A DNA stretch of 64,000 bases, taken from assembly GCA_963765765.1 (NCBI GenBank), contig CAVXYC010000015.1, forward strand, positions 480,001 through 544,000, in the 5' to 3' direction. Shown here in pieces: positions 19,673 through 29,365 of this stretch; positions within the stretch are counted from its first letter, which is position 1; the number at the start of each line of letters is the position of its first letter. The notes beneath the pieces were generated by a model, which worked only from the letters and a program-made list of their open reading frames with translations, was not told where the DNA came from and made no database searches. Both the position numbers and the translations under genes were made by a program. This DNA comes from an uncultured Chloroflexia bacterium. Lineage in GTDB: Bacteria > Chloroflexota > UBA6077 > JACCZL01.

Positions 19673-20400
19673 CCTTCGCTAAGGCGATCGATCAGCATGG
19701 CAGGCAAGGCAACGGCGCGCATTTTCTCCTGCGTCGTGGTGACGTCGTACGGCACCCGGACCCAGGTGAACGTCCGTTCATCGGTGTTCAAGATGCCGTA
19801 GGCGGCGCGGGGGTCGCCATCACGTGGCTGACCGACACTGCCGGCGTTGATGATCTGGCGAGCGCCAGAGTCGAAATGGGCATTCTCACCATCCAGGCGA
19901 TGGCTGACGTCTACAGAATCCTTCGTCGATGGTTGAACGAATGAGGATGGCACGTGCGTGTGACCGATAAAGCAGACGTCTTCTTCTACGAGGCGCAGCG
20001 ACGACTCGGCGATCTGCGCGTTCGTCACATATTCCGTGAGCGCGTGGCGGGGACTGCCATGCACAAGGTGATAGCCGTCGATCGAGACACGTTCAGGAAG
20101 GTCTCGCAAAAATCGCCAGGACTGTTCCGAAAGCTGCTTGGCGGTCCATTCTAGCGCCAGTCCAGCGAGGCTGTTGAACCACGAGAGATCGTCCAGTCTC
20201 TGGACGCCGTCATCGTGATTCCCGCGGATGCACGTGGCCTGAAGATCCTGGATGGCCTCGATCACTTCATTGGGCTGGGGGCCGTAGCCAACGATGTCAC
20301 CGAGGCACCACCATCCGTCCACGGAGCCCACGGCTCCAATCACAGCGTCTAATGCCGCCAGGTTGCTGTGAATGTCGGAAATGATCCCGATTCGTCCCAT
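19666..20400 (-). CDS. Metallophosphoesterase family protein
   Basis: DIHSN, LGDIVGYG, GNHD, HGSP, GHTH, NAGSVGQPRDGDPRA. Confidence 0.93.
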   Translation of the reverse strand: MGRIGIISDIHSNLAALDAVIGAVGSVDGWWCLGDIVGYGPQPNEVIEAIQDLQATCIRGNHDDGVQRLDDLSWFNSLAGLALEWTAKQLSEQSWRFLRDLPERVSIDGYHLVHGSPRHALTEYVTNAQIAESSLRLVEEDVCFIGHTHVPSSFVQPSTKDSVDVSHRLDGENAHFDSGARQIINAGSVGQPRDGDPRAAYGILNTDERTFTWVRVPYDVTTTQEKMRAVALPAMLIDRLSEGW

Positions 20401-20601
20401 GGTGTGATGTTGCCACGTGGGCCCATGTGGTGGCACATAGAGATTCCCGAAACGTCATCGCCTCACCATCCCAATATACCGGCCCCGCCCTAGGAAATCG
20501 TCTTACGACGCCCCGGTTGATGGGCTAGAATCTTGGACGGACTCTGGCAGGGGAGATGGCGCCGGCCCGTCTATCGGGATGCGCGCCGGTCGACACGGGA
20601 C

Positions 20602-21639
20602 ATGACAACGCGGCTGGCTGACGTCGGCGAGTTTGGTCTGATCGAGCGTATTCGCCGCATTGTGGAGCCTGTCAATCAAGCCGCAAGCATCGCCGATCGT
20701 CTTGACGTCAGCATTGGGGATGACGCCGCGATATGGCGAGCACAGGCCGGACTTGCCCAGGCGGTTACCACCGATGCGCTGGTGGAAGGCGTTCATTTCG
20801 ATCTCCCGACCACATCGTGGACGGATCTCGGTTGGAAATCTCTTGCTGTTAATTTAAGCGACGTCGGGGCGATGGGCGCCACCCCGGAGCTGGTTGTCAT
20901 CTCACTGGGCCTTCCCCGACACGCGGTGATCGAGGATATTGAGGACTTTTATCGCGGCGTTGCTGAGTGCGCATCACGTTGGCGTGTGGCCGTTGTCGGA
21001 GGGGATATCGTCTCATCACCGATCCTGACTATCAATGTCACGGCGTTTGGCGCATGCCCTGACGGACAGCTTCGCCGTTCCGCGGGGCGGCCAGGGGACG
21101 TGATCGCGGTCACCGGTTGGCTGGGCAGGTCCGGTGGCGGGCTTCGCTTGCTGGAGCAGGGCATGCCCGGCGGACTCCATGCGGGCGCCGCTGGCGAGCT
21201 CATCCAGGCGCACGTCCGTCCTATGCCGCGAATCGAGGCCGCGGCCTGTCTTGTGCAGGCCGGAATTCGCTGTGCCATGGATGTGAGCGATGGTCTCAGG
21301 GGTGATACCGCGCATATCTGCGAGCAATCGAATTGTGCTGCGATCATCCAGATAGATCGGGTGCCATTGCATGAGGCGCTCATCGAGCAGTTTGGTCGTG
21401 ATGATGCATTGCGATTGGCTCTCGATGGCGGCGAAGATTATGAGCTGCTGTGCGCGGGACCAGAGGCAGCAGTCCTATACGCGGCCGCGCTTGTTAACGA
21501 AACCACTGGTGAGAAACTCACAATCGTGGGGCGGCTCGACGTGCGTAGCGATGACAATCATCTCGTGAGTCTGACAGGGGCCGACGGCGAGCCTGTGCAT
21601 CTCAAAGCGGCCTCGTGGGACCATTTTCGAAATGAGTGA
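20602..21639 (+). CDS. thiL: Thiamine-monophosphate kinase
   Basis: GEFGLI, IGDDAA, VEGVHF, NLSDVGAMGA, DVSDGL, GGEDYEL. Confidence 0.95.
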   Translation: MTTRLADVGEFGLIERIRRIVEPVNQAASIADRLDVSIGDDAAIWRAQAGLAQAVTTDALVEGVHFDLPTTSWTDLGWKSLAVNLSDVGAMGATPELVVISLGLPRHAVIEDIEDFYRGVAECASRWRVAVVGGDIVSSPILTINVTAFGACPDGQLRRSAGRPGDVIAVTGWLGRSGGGLRLLEQGMPGGLHAGAAGELIQAHVRPMPRIEAAACLVQAGIRCAMDVSDGLRGDTAHICEQSNCAAIIQIDRVPLHEALIEQFGRDDALRLALDGGEDYELLCAGPEAAVLYAAALVNETTGEKLTIVGRLDVRSDDNHLVSLTGADGEPVHLKAASWDHFRNE

Positions 21640-22132
21640 GTCCCGTGAGACGATCGCCGCTATTAGCGGCTCGGCCAGTGACACTCGGGAGCTCGGCAAG
21701 GCGTTGGGGCAGGCTCTGGGGCCGGGCGACCTGGTGTTACTCCAGGGAAACTTTGGCGCAGGTAAAACCGTACTTGTCCAGGGCATCGCGACCGGCCTTG
21801 GCATCCACGACTCGGTAACGAGTCCATCGTTCGTGCTCATGGTGGAGCACGTCGGCGACAAAAAGCTCGTACACGTGGACTTCTTTCGGATCGAGCGTGC
21901 CGATTCCGATCTCATCACGGGTGTCGAAGACTATCTCGATGATGGCTGGGTCGTGGCCATTGAATGGCCGGATTGGCTGCCTGCGTCGCTTGCGGGAACC
22001 GCCACTGTCGTACGTATCGAAACGCTGTCTGACAATGAACGTCGCATCTCGATGAGCTCGGCGTCTGAAACGGTGGTGGAAGCATTCCGAGAGGCCGCGG
22101 CTCAAGTGTCGGTGAGGTCGGCTCGTGAGTGA
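21632..22132 (+). CDS. tsaE: tRNA t6A biosynthesis ATPase
   Basis: GNFGAGKT, VTSPSF, HVDFFR, IEW. Confidence 0.95.
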   Translation: MSESRETIAAISGSASDTRELGKALGQALGPGDLVLLQGNFGAGKTVLVQGIATGLGIHDSVTSPSFVLMVEHVGDKKLVHVDFFRIERADSDLITGVEDYLDDGWVVAIEWPDWLPASLAGTATVVRIETLSDNERRISMSSASETVVEAFREAAAQVSVRSARE

Positions 22133-22790
22133 CCTCATGCTGGCAATCGACACTGCCACATCGTGGTGTGGCGTGGCGCTGTACGATGGCGCGCTCCAGC
22201 TCGAGCTGAACTGGCGAGCCGAGCGGCATCACTCGGAGCAGCTCATGCCGAACATTGAGCGGGCGTTCGAGCTGACCGGTATCGATCGGGGCGATCTGGG
22301 CGCCCTGGCCGTCGCCCGCGGACCGGGCTCGTATACGGGCGTGCGCGTGGGAATTACGGTGGCGCGTGTACTTGGCTATGCCTTGGGAATACCGAGCATT
22401 GGAGTTGATGCGCTCGACGTGCTGGCCTACCCACACGGCGATCGGGGAATGCCCGTTCGGGCGTTCCTGAATGCCGGACGTCGTCGGTACGCGACTGCGC
22501 TGTACCACCCTCAGGGAGACGGACTTGAACGCGTCGGAGCGCTACAATCCGTGGGTGATGATTCGCTGGTGGAGCTCGTGACTGAGCCCACGGTCTGTTG
22601 CGGTGAGCTCAGCTCAGCGGCCCGCGAAGTGATGGAGCAAGCCGCTGGTTGCGCGGCTGTGTTCGTATCTCCATCCAGATCTGTTCGCAGGTCCGCGATT
22701 CTCGCCGAGATCGCCTGGCGCGGTTGGCAAGCCCGCCACCCCGCGGCCGCCGAAACGGATCCTATTTACATAACGCAGGAGCATGCGTGA
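22125..22790 (+). CDS. tsaB: tRNA t6A biosynthesis protein TsaB
   Basis: LAIDTAT, HSEQL, GPGSYTGVRVG. Confidence 0.95.
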   Translation: MSDLMLAIDTATSWCGVALYDGALQLELNWRAERHHSEQLMPNIERAFELTGIDRGDLGALAVARGPGSYTGVRVGITVARVLGYALGIPSIGVDALDVLAYPHGDRGMPVRAFLNAGRRRYATALYHPQGDGLERVGALQSVGDDSLVELVTEPTVCCGELSSAAREVMEQAAGCAAVFVSPSRSVRRSAILAEIAWRGWQARHPAAAETDPIYITQEHA

Positions 22791-22793
22791 GAG

Positions 22794-23477
22794 GTGGGCT
22801 TGGCGTTCTCGATTGAGCCCATGCAGGTAGAGCACATTGCCGCCGTGATGGCCGTGGAGAGATTGAGCTTTCCCGTGCCATGGCCAGCCAGCGCCTACAA
22901 GAAGGAGATTCAGAGCAACCGGCTGGCGCACTACTTCGTGGCGCGGCATGTCAACGAAAGGGGTGAGCCAGTCGTCGCATTGCCGGACGATGCGGTCGCA
23001 GCCGGAGCCGCTGGAAGCGGTGATGGGATTCTCGGTCGCCTGGCGCGCTGGCTCGTGCACGATGCCACCCCGGCCTTATCCGAGGACGAGGCTGAAGCCA
23101 TGGATGCCCGCAGCGTCATGGGGTATGCGGGCATGTGGATTCTGGCCGGCTCCGATGCCCACATCACTACGATCGCAGTCCATCCTCTATATCGAGGCCG
23201 GGGCATCGGCGAGCTGCTACTCATTCACTGCATCGATCGAGCGCTTGAAACGCATGCGGAGCGTATGACCCTCGAGGTTCGCATCTCCAACAGCGTCGCA
23301 AAGCGTCTCTACGAGAAATATCGGTTCTCCGTTCAAGGAAAGCGGCCCAGGTATTACAGCGACAATGGTGAGGACGCGGAGATTATGACGACTCCTGAGA
23401 TTGACTCGCCCGAGTATCGAGCCCTGCTGGCCCAGAACCGCAGGGAGTTGGAGGCACGGCTTGACCGAGAGGGATGA
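22794..23477 (+). CDS. rimI: Ribosomal protein S18-alanine N-acetyltransferase
   Basis: HITTIAVHP.YRGRGIGE, TLEVRISN, RYYSDNGEDA; carries an internal insertion. Confidence 0.92.
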   Translation: MGLAFSIEPMQVEHIAAVMAVERLSFPVPWPASAYKKEIQSNRLAHYFVARHVNERGEPVVALPDDAVAAGAAGSGDGILGRLARWLVHDATPALSEDEAEAMDARSVMGYAGMWILAGSDAHITTIAVHPLYRGRGIGELLLIHCIDRALETHAERMTLEVRISNSVAKRLYEKYRFSVQGKRPRYYSDNGEDAEIMTTPEIDSPEYRALLAQNRRELEARLDREG

Positions 23478-26244
23478 TCTTCTAGTTCTCATCGACGGGC
23501 ACGCGCTGGTTCACCGTGCGTATCACGCACTTCCGCCGCTCACGAGCCCGAGTGGCGAGATGCTCAACGCGGTCTTCGGCTTTGCCTCGATGCTCGTGAA
23601 AGTCTGCGCCGATCTCAAGCCCAAGTACCTCGAGGCCACCTTCGACACTTCGGCAAAGACATTCCGTCATGATGGGTACGACGATTACAAGGCAACGCGC
23701 CTCGGTATGGCCGACGATCTCCGCACCCAATTCCCGAGGGTGTTCGAGCTGTTGGAGAGTCTCGCGGTGCCTATTGTTCGAGTCGATGGCTACGAAGCTG
23801 ACGATCTTCTCGGGACACTCTCCAAGCAGGCCGTTTCCGAAGGCCGAGAAGTCGTGATCCTGACAGGTGATACCGACGTATTGCAGCTCGTTGGCCCGCA
23901 CGTGCGAGTGCTGACGTCGCGCCAGGGTTTTTCCGACACAGTCATGTATGACGAGCAGGCGGTGCGTGAGCGATACGCTCTCGAGCCCTCGCAAATTTCG
24001 GACTACAAAGCACTCACCGGGGATAAATCAGACAACATCCCCGGTGTTCCCGGAATCGGTGCCAAGACGGCCGCGAAGCTACTGCAACAGTTCGGTGATG
24101 TTGAGGGGATTCTTGCCCATCTCAATGAGCTCCCTGCAAAGCAGCAGGCGTTGTTCGAGGAGCATAGCGAGCAGCTCATCAGGTCAAAGTGGCTTACCAC
24201 CATCGACTGTGATGCCCCAGTCAAGCTCGATCTCGAAGCAGCGGAATTCCGGCACTTCGATCGTGTCAAGGTGGGTTCGCTGTTACGGGAGCTGACGTTC
24301 CGCACACTCATCGATCGATTTGAGCAGCTCTTCGATGGCCTGGATGGGAAGGGATCGAATGCGAACACGCCGCAGCTCGGCTTGTTCGATGAGAAGCGGC
24401 CGGATGAAGCGGTCAATGAATCGCCGTCCAGCCCCGCTCCGCCGGCCATCGCAGCCACCGCCGAGGCGGTCAGCGAGCTCGTTAGGCGAGCGATGAGCTG
24501 TCCATCTGTCGCCCTGGATGTGCGCCTCGAGGGGAAACATCCAACTCGCTCGACAATCGTGGGAATCTGTGTCGCGTGCTCAGCCATTGAAGTGACATAC
24601 GTGCCGCTTGGGCACTCGGACGGGAGCGGAGATGGAGCGGCGCTGCTTGAATCGATGCGGCCTCTGCTCGAGTCGCAATCCACCAAGAAAGTCGTGCACA
24701 ACGCTAAACCCGCGATCGAAGCGTTCCGCGCCGCGGGAATCGAGCTACGCGGACTCGCCTTCGACACGATGATTGCAGCTTTCCTGCTGGAGAGCGGCCA
24801 ACGCTCCGTCGACCTCGGGTCGCTAGCATTTTCAAAGCTGGACATTCAGCTTCCCACCCCTACGTCGCTGCTCGGAATGGGCCGTTCAGCGCGGAAGCTC
24901 CCTGAGGTGCCGACGCTTGAAGCGGCACCGTATTCGTGCGGGGAAGCGAGCGCCGTGGATCGTCTGGCCCCCGCGTTGCGTGAGGATCTGGAGCGCGATG
25001 GACTGAAGCCGCTTTTCGAGGACCTCGAGCTTCCACTCATTGGCGTCCTTGCACGCATGGAAGAAGCTGGTATCGCGGTTGATGTGCCGCTACTTAAGCA
25101 GATGAGCCAATCGCTCTCATCGCGGCTCAACGAGCTCCAAACGGAGATCGAGCAGTCGGTCGGACACGCGTTTAATTTCAACTCGCCGTCGCAGCTTTCG
25201 CAGGTGCTCTATGACGAGCTGAAGCTCCCTGGCGGCCGAAAGACGAAGAGTGGACACGGATCCACAGACGCTGCCGTACTCGAGGGGCTGAAGGGAGCCC
25301 ATCCAGTCATTGAGCCAATACTCGAGCACCGTCAGCTGAGCAAGCTCAAGGGCACGTACGTGGACGCGCTTCCACTACTATGCGATCCGGCGACCGGCCG
25401 CGTACACACGACATTTAATCAAACGGGCTCCAGAACCGGCAGAATCTCATCATCCGATCCGAATATCCAGAACATCCCCATTCGTACTGAGCAGGGCCGT
25501 TTGGTGCGCCGCGCGTTTATATCTGGCTCGCCCGATCGCGTGCTCCTGAGCGCTGATTACAGTCAGATCGAGCTTCGGGTCCTGGCGCACGTCACGCAGG
25601 ATGAGCGGCTCATCGATGCCTTCAAAAACAACGAGGACATTCACGCGGCAACGGCTGCAGAGGTGTTGGGGCTCGAGCCTGAGCAGGTCACAAGCGATCA
25701 GCGTCGCCTGGCCAAGGTGGTCAACTTTGGCGTGCTCTACGGTATGGGCGGCTTCGGACTGGCCCAGCAGTCCGGTCTGCCGCGCGAAGAGGCGATGAAG
25801 TTTATCGATCGCTATTTCAAGGAGTTTGGCACCGTCAAAGCCTATCAGGAACAGGTCATTCGCGACACGATCGATCGTGGTTACGGACTTACCCTCCTGG
25901 GCCGTCGGCGCTACTTTCCCGAGATTCGCAGCCCCGTTCGGCATCTTCAGATGGCGGCTCAGCGGGAAGCCATCAACATGCCAATTCAAGGGACCGCGGC
26001 TGACATCATCAAGATCGCCATGGTGCGACTCGATGAGCACCTACGGCATCATCTTGAGGACGGAGTAATGATGCTTCAGGTACATGACGAGCTCCTGTTT
26101 GAAGTGCCCAGAGATCGACTTGACCACTTTGCGCCGACCATTTGCGATCTTATGGAGGGTGCGATGGAGCTCGTCGTCCCGATCAACGTTGAGCTCAAAT
26201 CAGGTCTCAACTGGGACGAGATGACCCCCTGGCACGGAGACTGA
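23461..26244 (+). CDS. polA: DNA polymerase I
   Basis: 5'-3' exonuclease LIDGHALVHRAYHA; polymerase motifs ADYSQIELR, AKVVNFGVLYG, QVHDEL; TTG start inferred. Confidence 0.97.
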   Translation: MTERDDLLVLIDGHALVHRAYHALPPLTSPSGEMLNAVFGFASMLVKVCADLKPKYLEATFDTSAKTFRHDGYDDYKATRLGMADDLRTQFPRVFELLESLAVPIVRVDGYEADDLLGTLSKQAVSEGREVVILTGDTDVLQLVGPHVRVLTSRQGFSDTVMYDEQAVRERYALEPSQISDYKALTGDKSDNIPGVPGIGAKTAAKLLQQFGDVEGILAHLNELPAKQQALFEEHSEQLIRSKWLTTIDCDAPVKLDLEAAEFRHFDRVKVGSLLRELTFRTLIDRFEQLFDGLDGKGSNANTPQLGLFDEKRPDEAVNESPSSPAPPAIAATAEAVSELVRRAMSCPSVALDVRLEGKHPTRSTIVGICVACSAIEVTYVPLGHSDGSGDGAALLESMRPLLESQSTKKVVHNAKPAIEAFRAAGIELRGLAFDTMIAAFLLESGQRSVDLGSLAFSKLDIQLPTPTSLLGMGRSARKLPEVPTLEAAPYSCGEASAVDRLAPALREDLERDGLKPLFEDLELPLIGVLARMEEAGIAVDVPLLKQMSQSLSSRLNELQTEIEQSVGHAFNFNSPSQLSQVLYDELKLPGGRKTKSGHGSTDAAVLEGLKGAHPVIEPILEHRQLSKLKGTYVDALPLLCDPATGRVHTTFNQTGSRTGRISSSDPNIQNIPIRTEQGRLVRRAFISGSPDRVLLSADYSQIELRVLAHVTQDERLIDAFKNNEDIHAATAAEVLGLEPEQVTSDQRRLAKVVNFGVLYGMGGFGLAQQSGLPREEAMKFIDRYFKEFGTVKAYQEQVIRDTIDRGYGLTLLGRRRYFPEIRSPVRHLQMAAQREAINMPIQGTAADIIKIAMVRLDEHLRHHLEDGVMMLQVHDELLFEVPRDRLDHFAPTICDLMEGAMELVVPINVELKSGLNWDEMTPWHGD

Positions 26245-26251
26245 GGCGCGC

Positions 26252-27124
26252 ATGCCGGAACTCCCTGAGGTTGAAACGCTGAGGCGCGATCTCTCGAGGA
26301 CCCTCGTGGGCCGCACGATTCTGACCGCCACGGCACGCATCCCAAAGCTCTTCGTTGAACCGCCCGGACCTGAGATCCTGGTGGGACACATGATCCTTGA
26401 GCTAAGCCGTCGCGCCAAGTTCTTGATCTGGGAGCTTTCTGGCGATCTCGTCATGGTTATGCATCTAAAGCTTGCCGGTCAGATCATCCACCGCGATGCC
26501 GAGGGGCGAACAATTGCGTCGGGTGGGCATCCTGTCCCCGGCTTCAACGCTCCAATGCCGCACAAGCAGACCAATGCCACATTCACACTTGACGACGGCT
26601 CCACCCTGTATATGACTGATATTCGGCAATTCGCCCGAATTCGAATTCTCTATGCGCACGAGCTCCCGGCGTTCTTGCGAACGTATCGGCTGGGTCCAGA
26701 GCCGCTGACTCGAGCGTTCTCATCACGTGCGCTGGCCAAAGGGCTGTCGCGCCATCCTCGTCTTGCCGTCAAACCGGCGTTGCTGGATCAGCGGACCGTC
26801 GCTGGTCTTGGGAATATCTACGTGGACGAGAGCCTCTGGCAGGCGCGCATCCATCCGGAGCGCCTGGCCGGCTCACTCAGCGAGGAAGAGATTCGCCGTC
26901 TCTCCCGCGCCATCCGAAGCGTGATTGACCATGCAGTCACGAACGGAGTGGCCGAGATCCTGAACGGACGTGCAGCTCCGGAGCATGCCTTTCCGCGTGT
27001 CCACGGTCGCGAGGGCGCACGGTGTCCGCGGTGCCGACGAGAGATTGTAAAGATGCGCGTTGGCGGCCGGGGAACGTACGTCTGTGGTCGCTGTCAACCA
27101 GTACCCCTGAGCGTGAGTGCCTGA
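26252..27124 (+). CDS. mutM: Fpg/MutM DNA glycosylase, copy 1
   Basis: PELPEVET, H2TH GLGNIYVDE, zinc finger CPRC...CGRCQ. Confidence 0.92.
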   Translation: MPELPEVETLRRDLSRTLVGRTILTATARIPKLFVEPPGPEILVGHMILELSRRAKFLIWELSGDLVMVMHLKLAGQIIHRDAEGRTIASGGHPVPGFNAPMPHKQTNATFTLDDGSTLYMTDIRQFARIRILYAHELPAFLRTYRLGPEPLTRAFSSRALAKGLSRHPRLAVKPALLDQRTVAGLGNIYVDESLWQARIHPERLAGSLSEEEIRRLSRAIRSVIDHAVTNGVAEILNGRAAPEHAFPRVHGREGARCPRCRREIVKMRVGGRGTYVCGRCQPVPLSVSA

Positions 27125-27949
27125 GCTTCCGGAGGTCGAGACGACCGTGCGCGGACTTCGTACCGTGCTTGTTGGCCTGGAGTGCGTGGGAGTGCGCGGC
27201 GTGGACTGGCCTCGCATGCTGCCAAACACCAGTGAGGAGATGCTCTCCCAGGTACTGGTAAGCGATCGGGTGAGCGCCGTCGGTCGCCGAGGCAAATACC
27301 TGACGCTTGAGTTTCAAAACGGCCCGCTGTTGGTGATTCACCGCAAGATGGCGGGAAACGTGCTCCTCATGCCGGCTTCTGCGCCTCTGGAGCGACATAC
27401 CCATCTTGCCGTGGCTTTTTCCGGGGATGTCGAAATTCGCCTCGTCGATCCACGCAAGTTCAGCCGTGTGTACCTGTTCGTCGATCCCGATGAAGCGCGT
27501 GCGTTCTTCTCGCTCCGTCTGGGGCTGGACCCGCTGGAGGAGCTTACGTTGGCTGAATTGCGCCGACTGTTGGCGCTGCGTCGCGGCCGATTGAAATCAG
27601 TGTTGCTGGATCAACGAACGTTTCCCGGGTGGGAAACCTCTACTGCGATGAGGCGTTGTGGCGGGCACGCGTGCATCCGCTGCGCTCTGCCGACTCGCTC
27701 TCGCGAGTGGAAACGGGGCGACTGTACGAGTCACTGCGGAGCGTCTTATTGGAGGCGATCGAACGGCGTGGAACGTCGTTCAGTGATTATCGCGACGCAT
27801 CAGGCGAGGCCGGAGAATTCCAGAATCACCTCAACTCGTATGGCCGCGAGGGCCTGCCGTGCCCGCGCTGCCAGCGGCCCATCAAGAAAATCGTGGTCGG
27901 TATGCGCGGGACACACTTTTGCCCGAGGTGTCAGAAGCTGAAGTCATAG
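27117..27949 (+). CDS. mutM: Fpg/MutM DNA glycosylase, copy 2 (frameshift near 27628)
   Basis: PELPEVET, RRGKYL, DPRKF; after the shift GNLYCDEAL...FQNHL..YGREG.PCPRC...HFCPRCQ. Confidence 0.9.
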
Positions 27950-27997
27950 GAGCCTGGCCTACTATCCCAAAAGGACAACGGCCAGGCTGAACGCTCT

Positions 27998-29257
27998 CTA
28001 CGCCACTAACGAGGCGAGACGCTCCTCGCTGCGGAAGGGACCGACTACGGCGAGCTGACCGCGGTCGGGGGCGAAGACTCGCTCGGCCACTCGCTCGAGA
28101 TCCTCGGCGGTAATGCCATCGATGATCTCAACGACGTCATCCACGGTGAAGACGGAGCCACGCAGAAGCTCCTGACGACCCAGCCATGAAGCCACGGCGC
28201 CCGTGTCCTCCATGCGAAGCTGGACTCGGCCGGTGATGTATCGCCGAGCCTTGCTCAGCTCGCGCTCGGGTAGGGGTTCTCTGATTCCCCGAAGCTCGCG
28301 GCGGATCGCTTTGATCGTCGGAGCAAGCTGCTTCGGGTGAACGCCAGCGCCTACGATGAGCGCCCCATCATCCTGGAATCGGCAGACGTACGAGTGCACG
28401 TCATAGGCGAGTCCAAGCTGCTCTCGAATCTGCATGAAAAGTCGCGAGCTCATACCGTCTCCCAGGACGGTATTGAGAACGTCCAGAGCGAAGCGATCTG
28501 GGTCCATGCTGGAGAGCGCGGGAATTGCGTAGGCGACGTGCGCCTGCTCGGTCTTCTTGGCGCGCAGCCGCACTTCCGGACGGATCCCTCGAATCGTAGC
28601 TGGCTGCCAGGTAGCTTCGGCGCCAGCTTGCCAGTCCGAAAGTAGTGCGCCGACACTATTCATGACCTGCTCGTGGGTCACATTGCCTGCCACTGCGAGC
28701 ACAGTATTGTTCGGCACGTAGTACTGGCCGATGTAGCGGGTCAGATCATCCCGCTTTAGAGATGCGACCGACTCTTTACTCCCACCTACGTCACGCCCAA
28801 GCGGGTGGTCTGGCCAGAGCATCTCGTCCGTGAGCATCGCCACCAGCTCAGAGGGACTGTCCTCAGACATGGCCAGCTCCTCGATCACCACGCTTCGCTC
28901 CTTCTCGAGCTCGTGGGGATCCAGGAGTGAGTTGCGCAGGGTATCGCACAGCACATCCAGGGCTGTATCAAAGTGCTGATGTCCCACCTTCGCGTAGAAG
29001 ACGGTGAGCTCCTTGTCGGTGGCGGCATTGATCACGCCGCCGACTCCCTCGATCTCTTCAGCAACGGCCAAAGGCGAAGGTCGCTTGGCGGTGCCTTTGA
29101 AAAGCATGTGCTCGAGAAAGTGCGAGACACCGGCAATTGAATCTGGCTCGTGGCGCGAGCCAGCGCCTACAAAAAAGGCGATGCTCACTGAGCGAGTGTG
29201 CGGCATGCTGCTCGTGAGCACACGCAGTCCATTATCAAGCACACTACGCTGGTACAT
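27998..29257 (-). CDS. M16 family (pitrilysin-like) zinc peptidase
   Basis: HFLEHMLFKGT inverted zinc motif, GDGMSSRLF..IRE.LGLAY; true start MYQRSVLDNG. Confidence 0.94.
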   Translation of the reverse strand: MYQRSVLDNGLRVLTSSMPHTRSVSIAFFVGAGSRHEPDSIAGVSHFLEHMLFKGTAKRPSPLAVAEEIEGVGGVINAATDKELTVFYAKVGHQHFDTALDVLCDTLRNSLLDPHELEKERSVVIEELAMSEDSPSELVAMLTDEMLWPDHPLGRDVGGSKESVASLKRDDLTRYIGQYYVPNNTVLAVAGNVTHEQVMNSVGALLSDWQAGAEATWQPATIRGIRPEVRLRAKKTEQAHVAYAIPALSSMDPDRFALDVLNTVLGDGMSSRLFMQIREQLGLAYDVHSYVCRFQDDGALIVGAGVHPKQLAPTIKAIRRELRGIREPLPERELSKARRYITGRVQLRMEDTGAVASWLGRQELLRGSVFTVDDVVEIIDGITAEDLERVAERVFAPDRGQLAVVGPFRSEERLASLVA

Positions 29258-29365
29258 GGGCCCCCCGGGGCGCGGAAATCCGAAAGAACAAACTGGACCC
29301 GTTGGGTCCAGCGCGGGTGCATTGTACCCATCTGCTAGGCTCGCCCGCCATTGATTCAATAAGGG

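Noticed and set aside
21632-23477. tsaE-tsaB-rimI without tsaD
   Set aside because: tsaD is often unlinked; absence from this window is uninformative.
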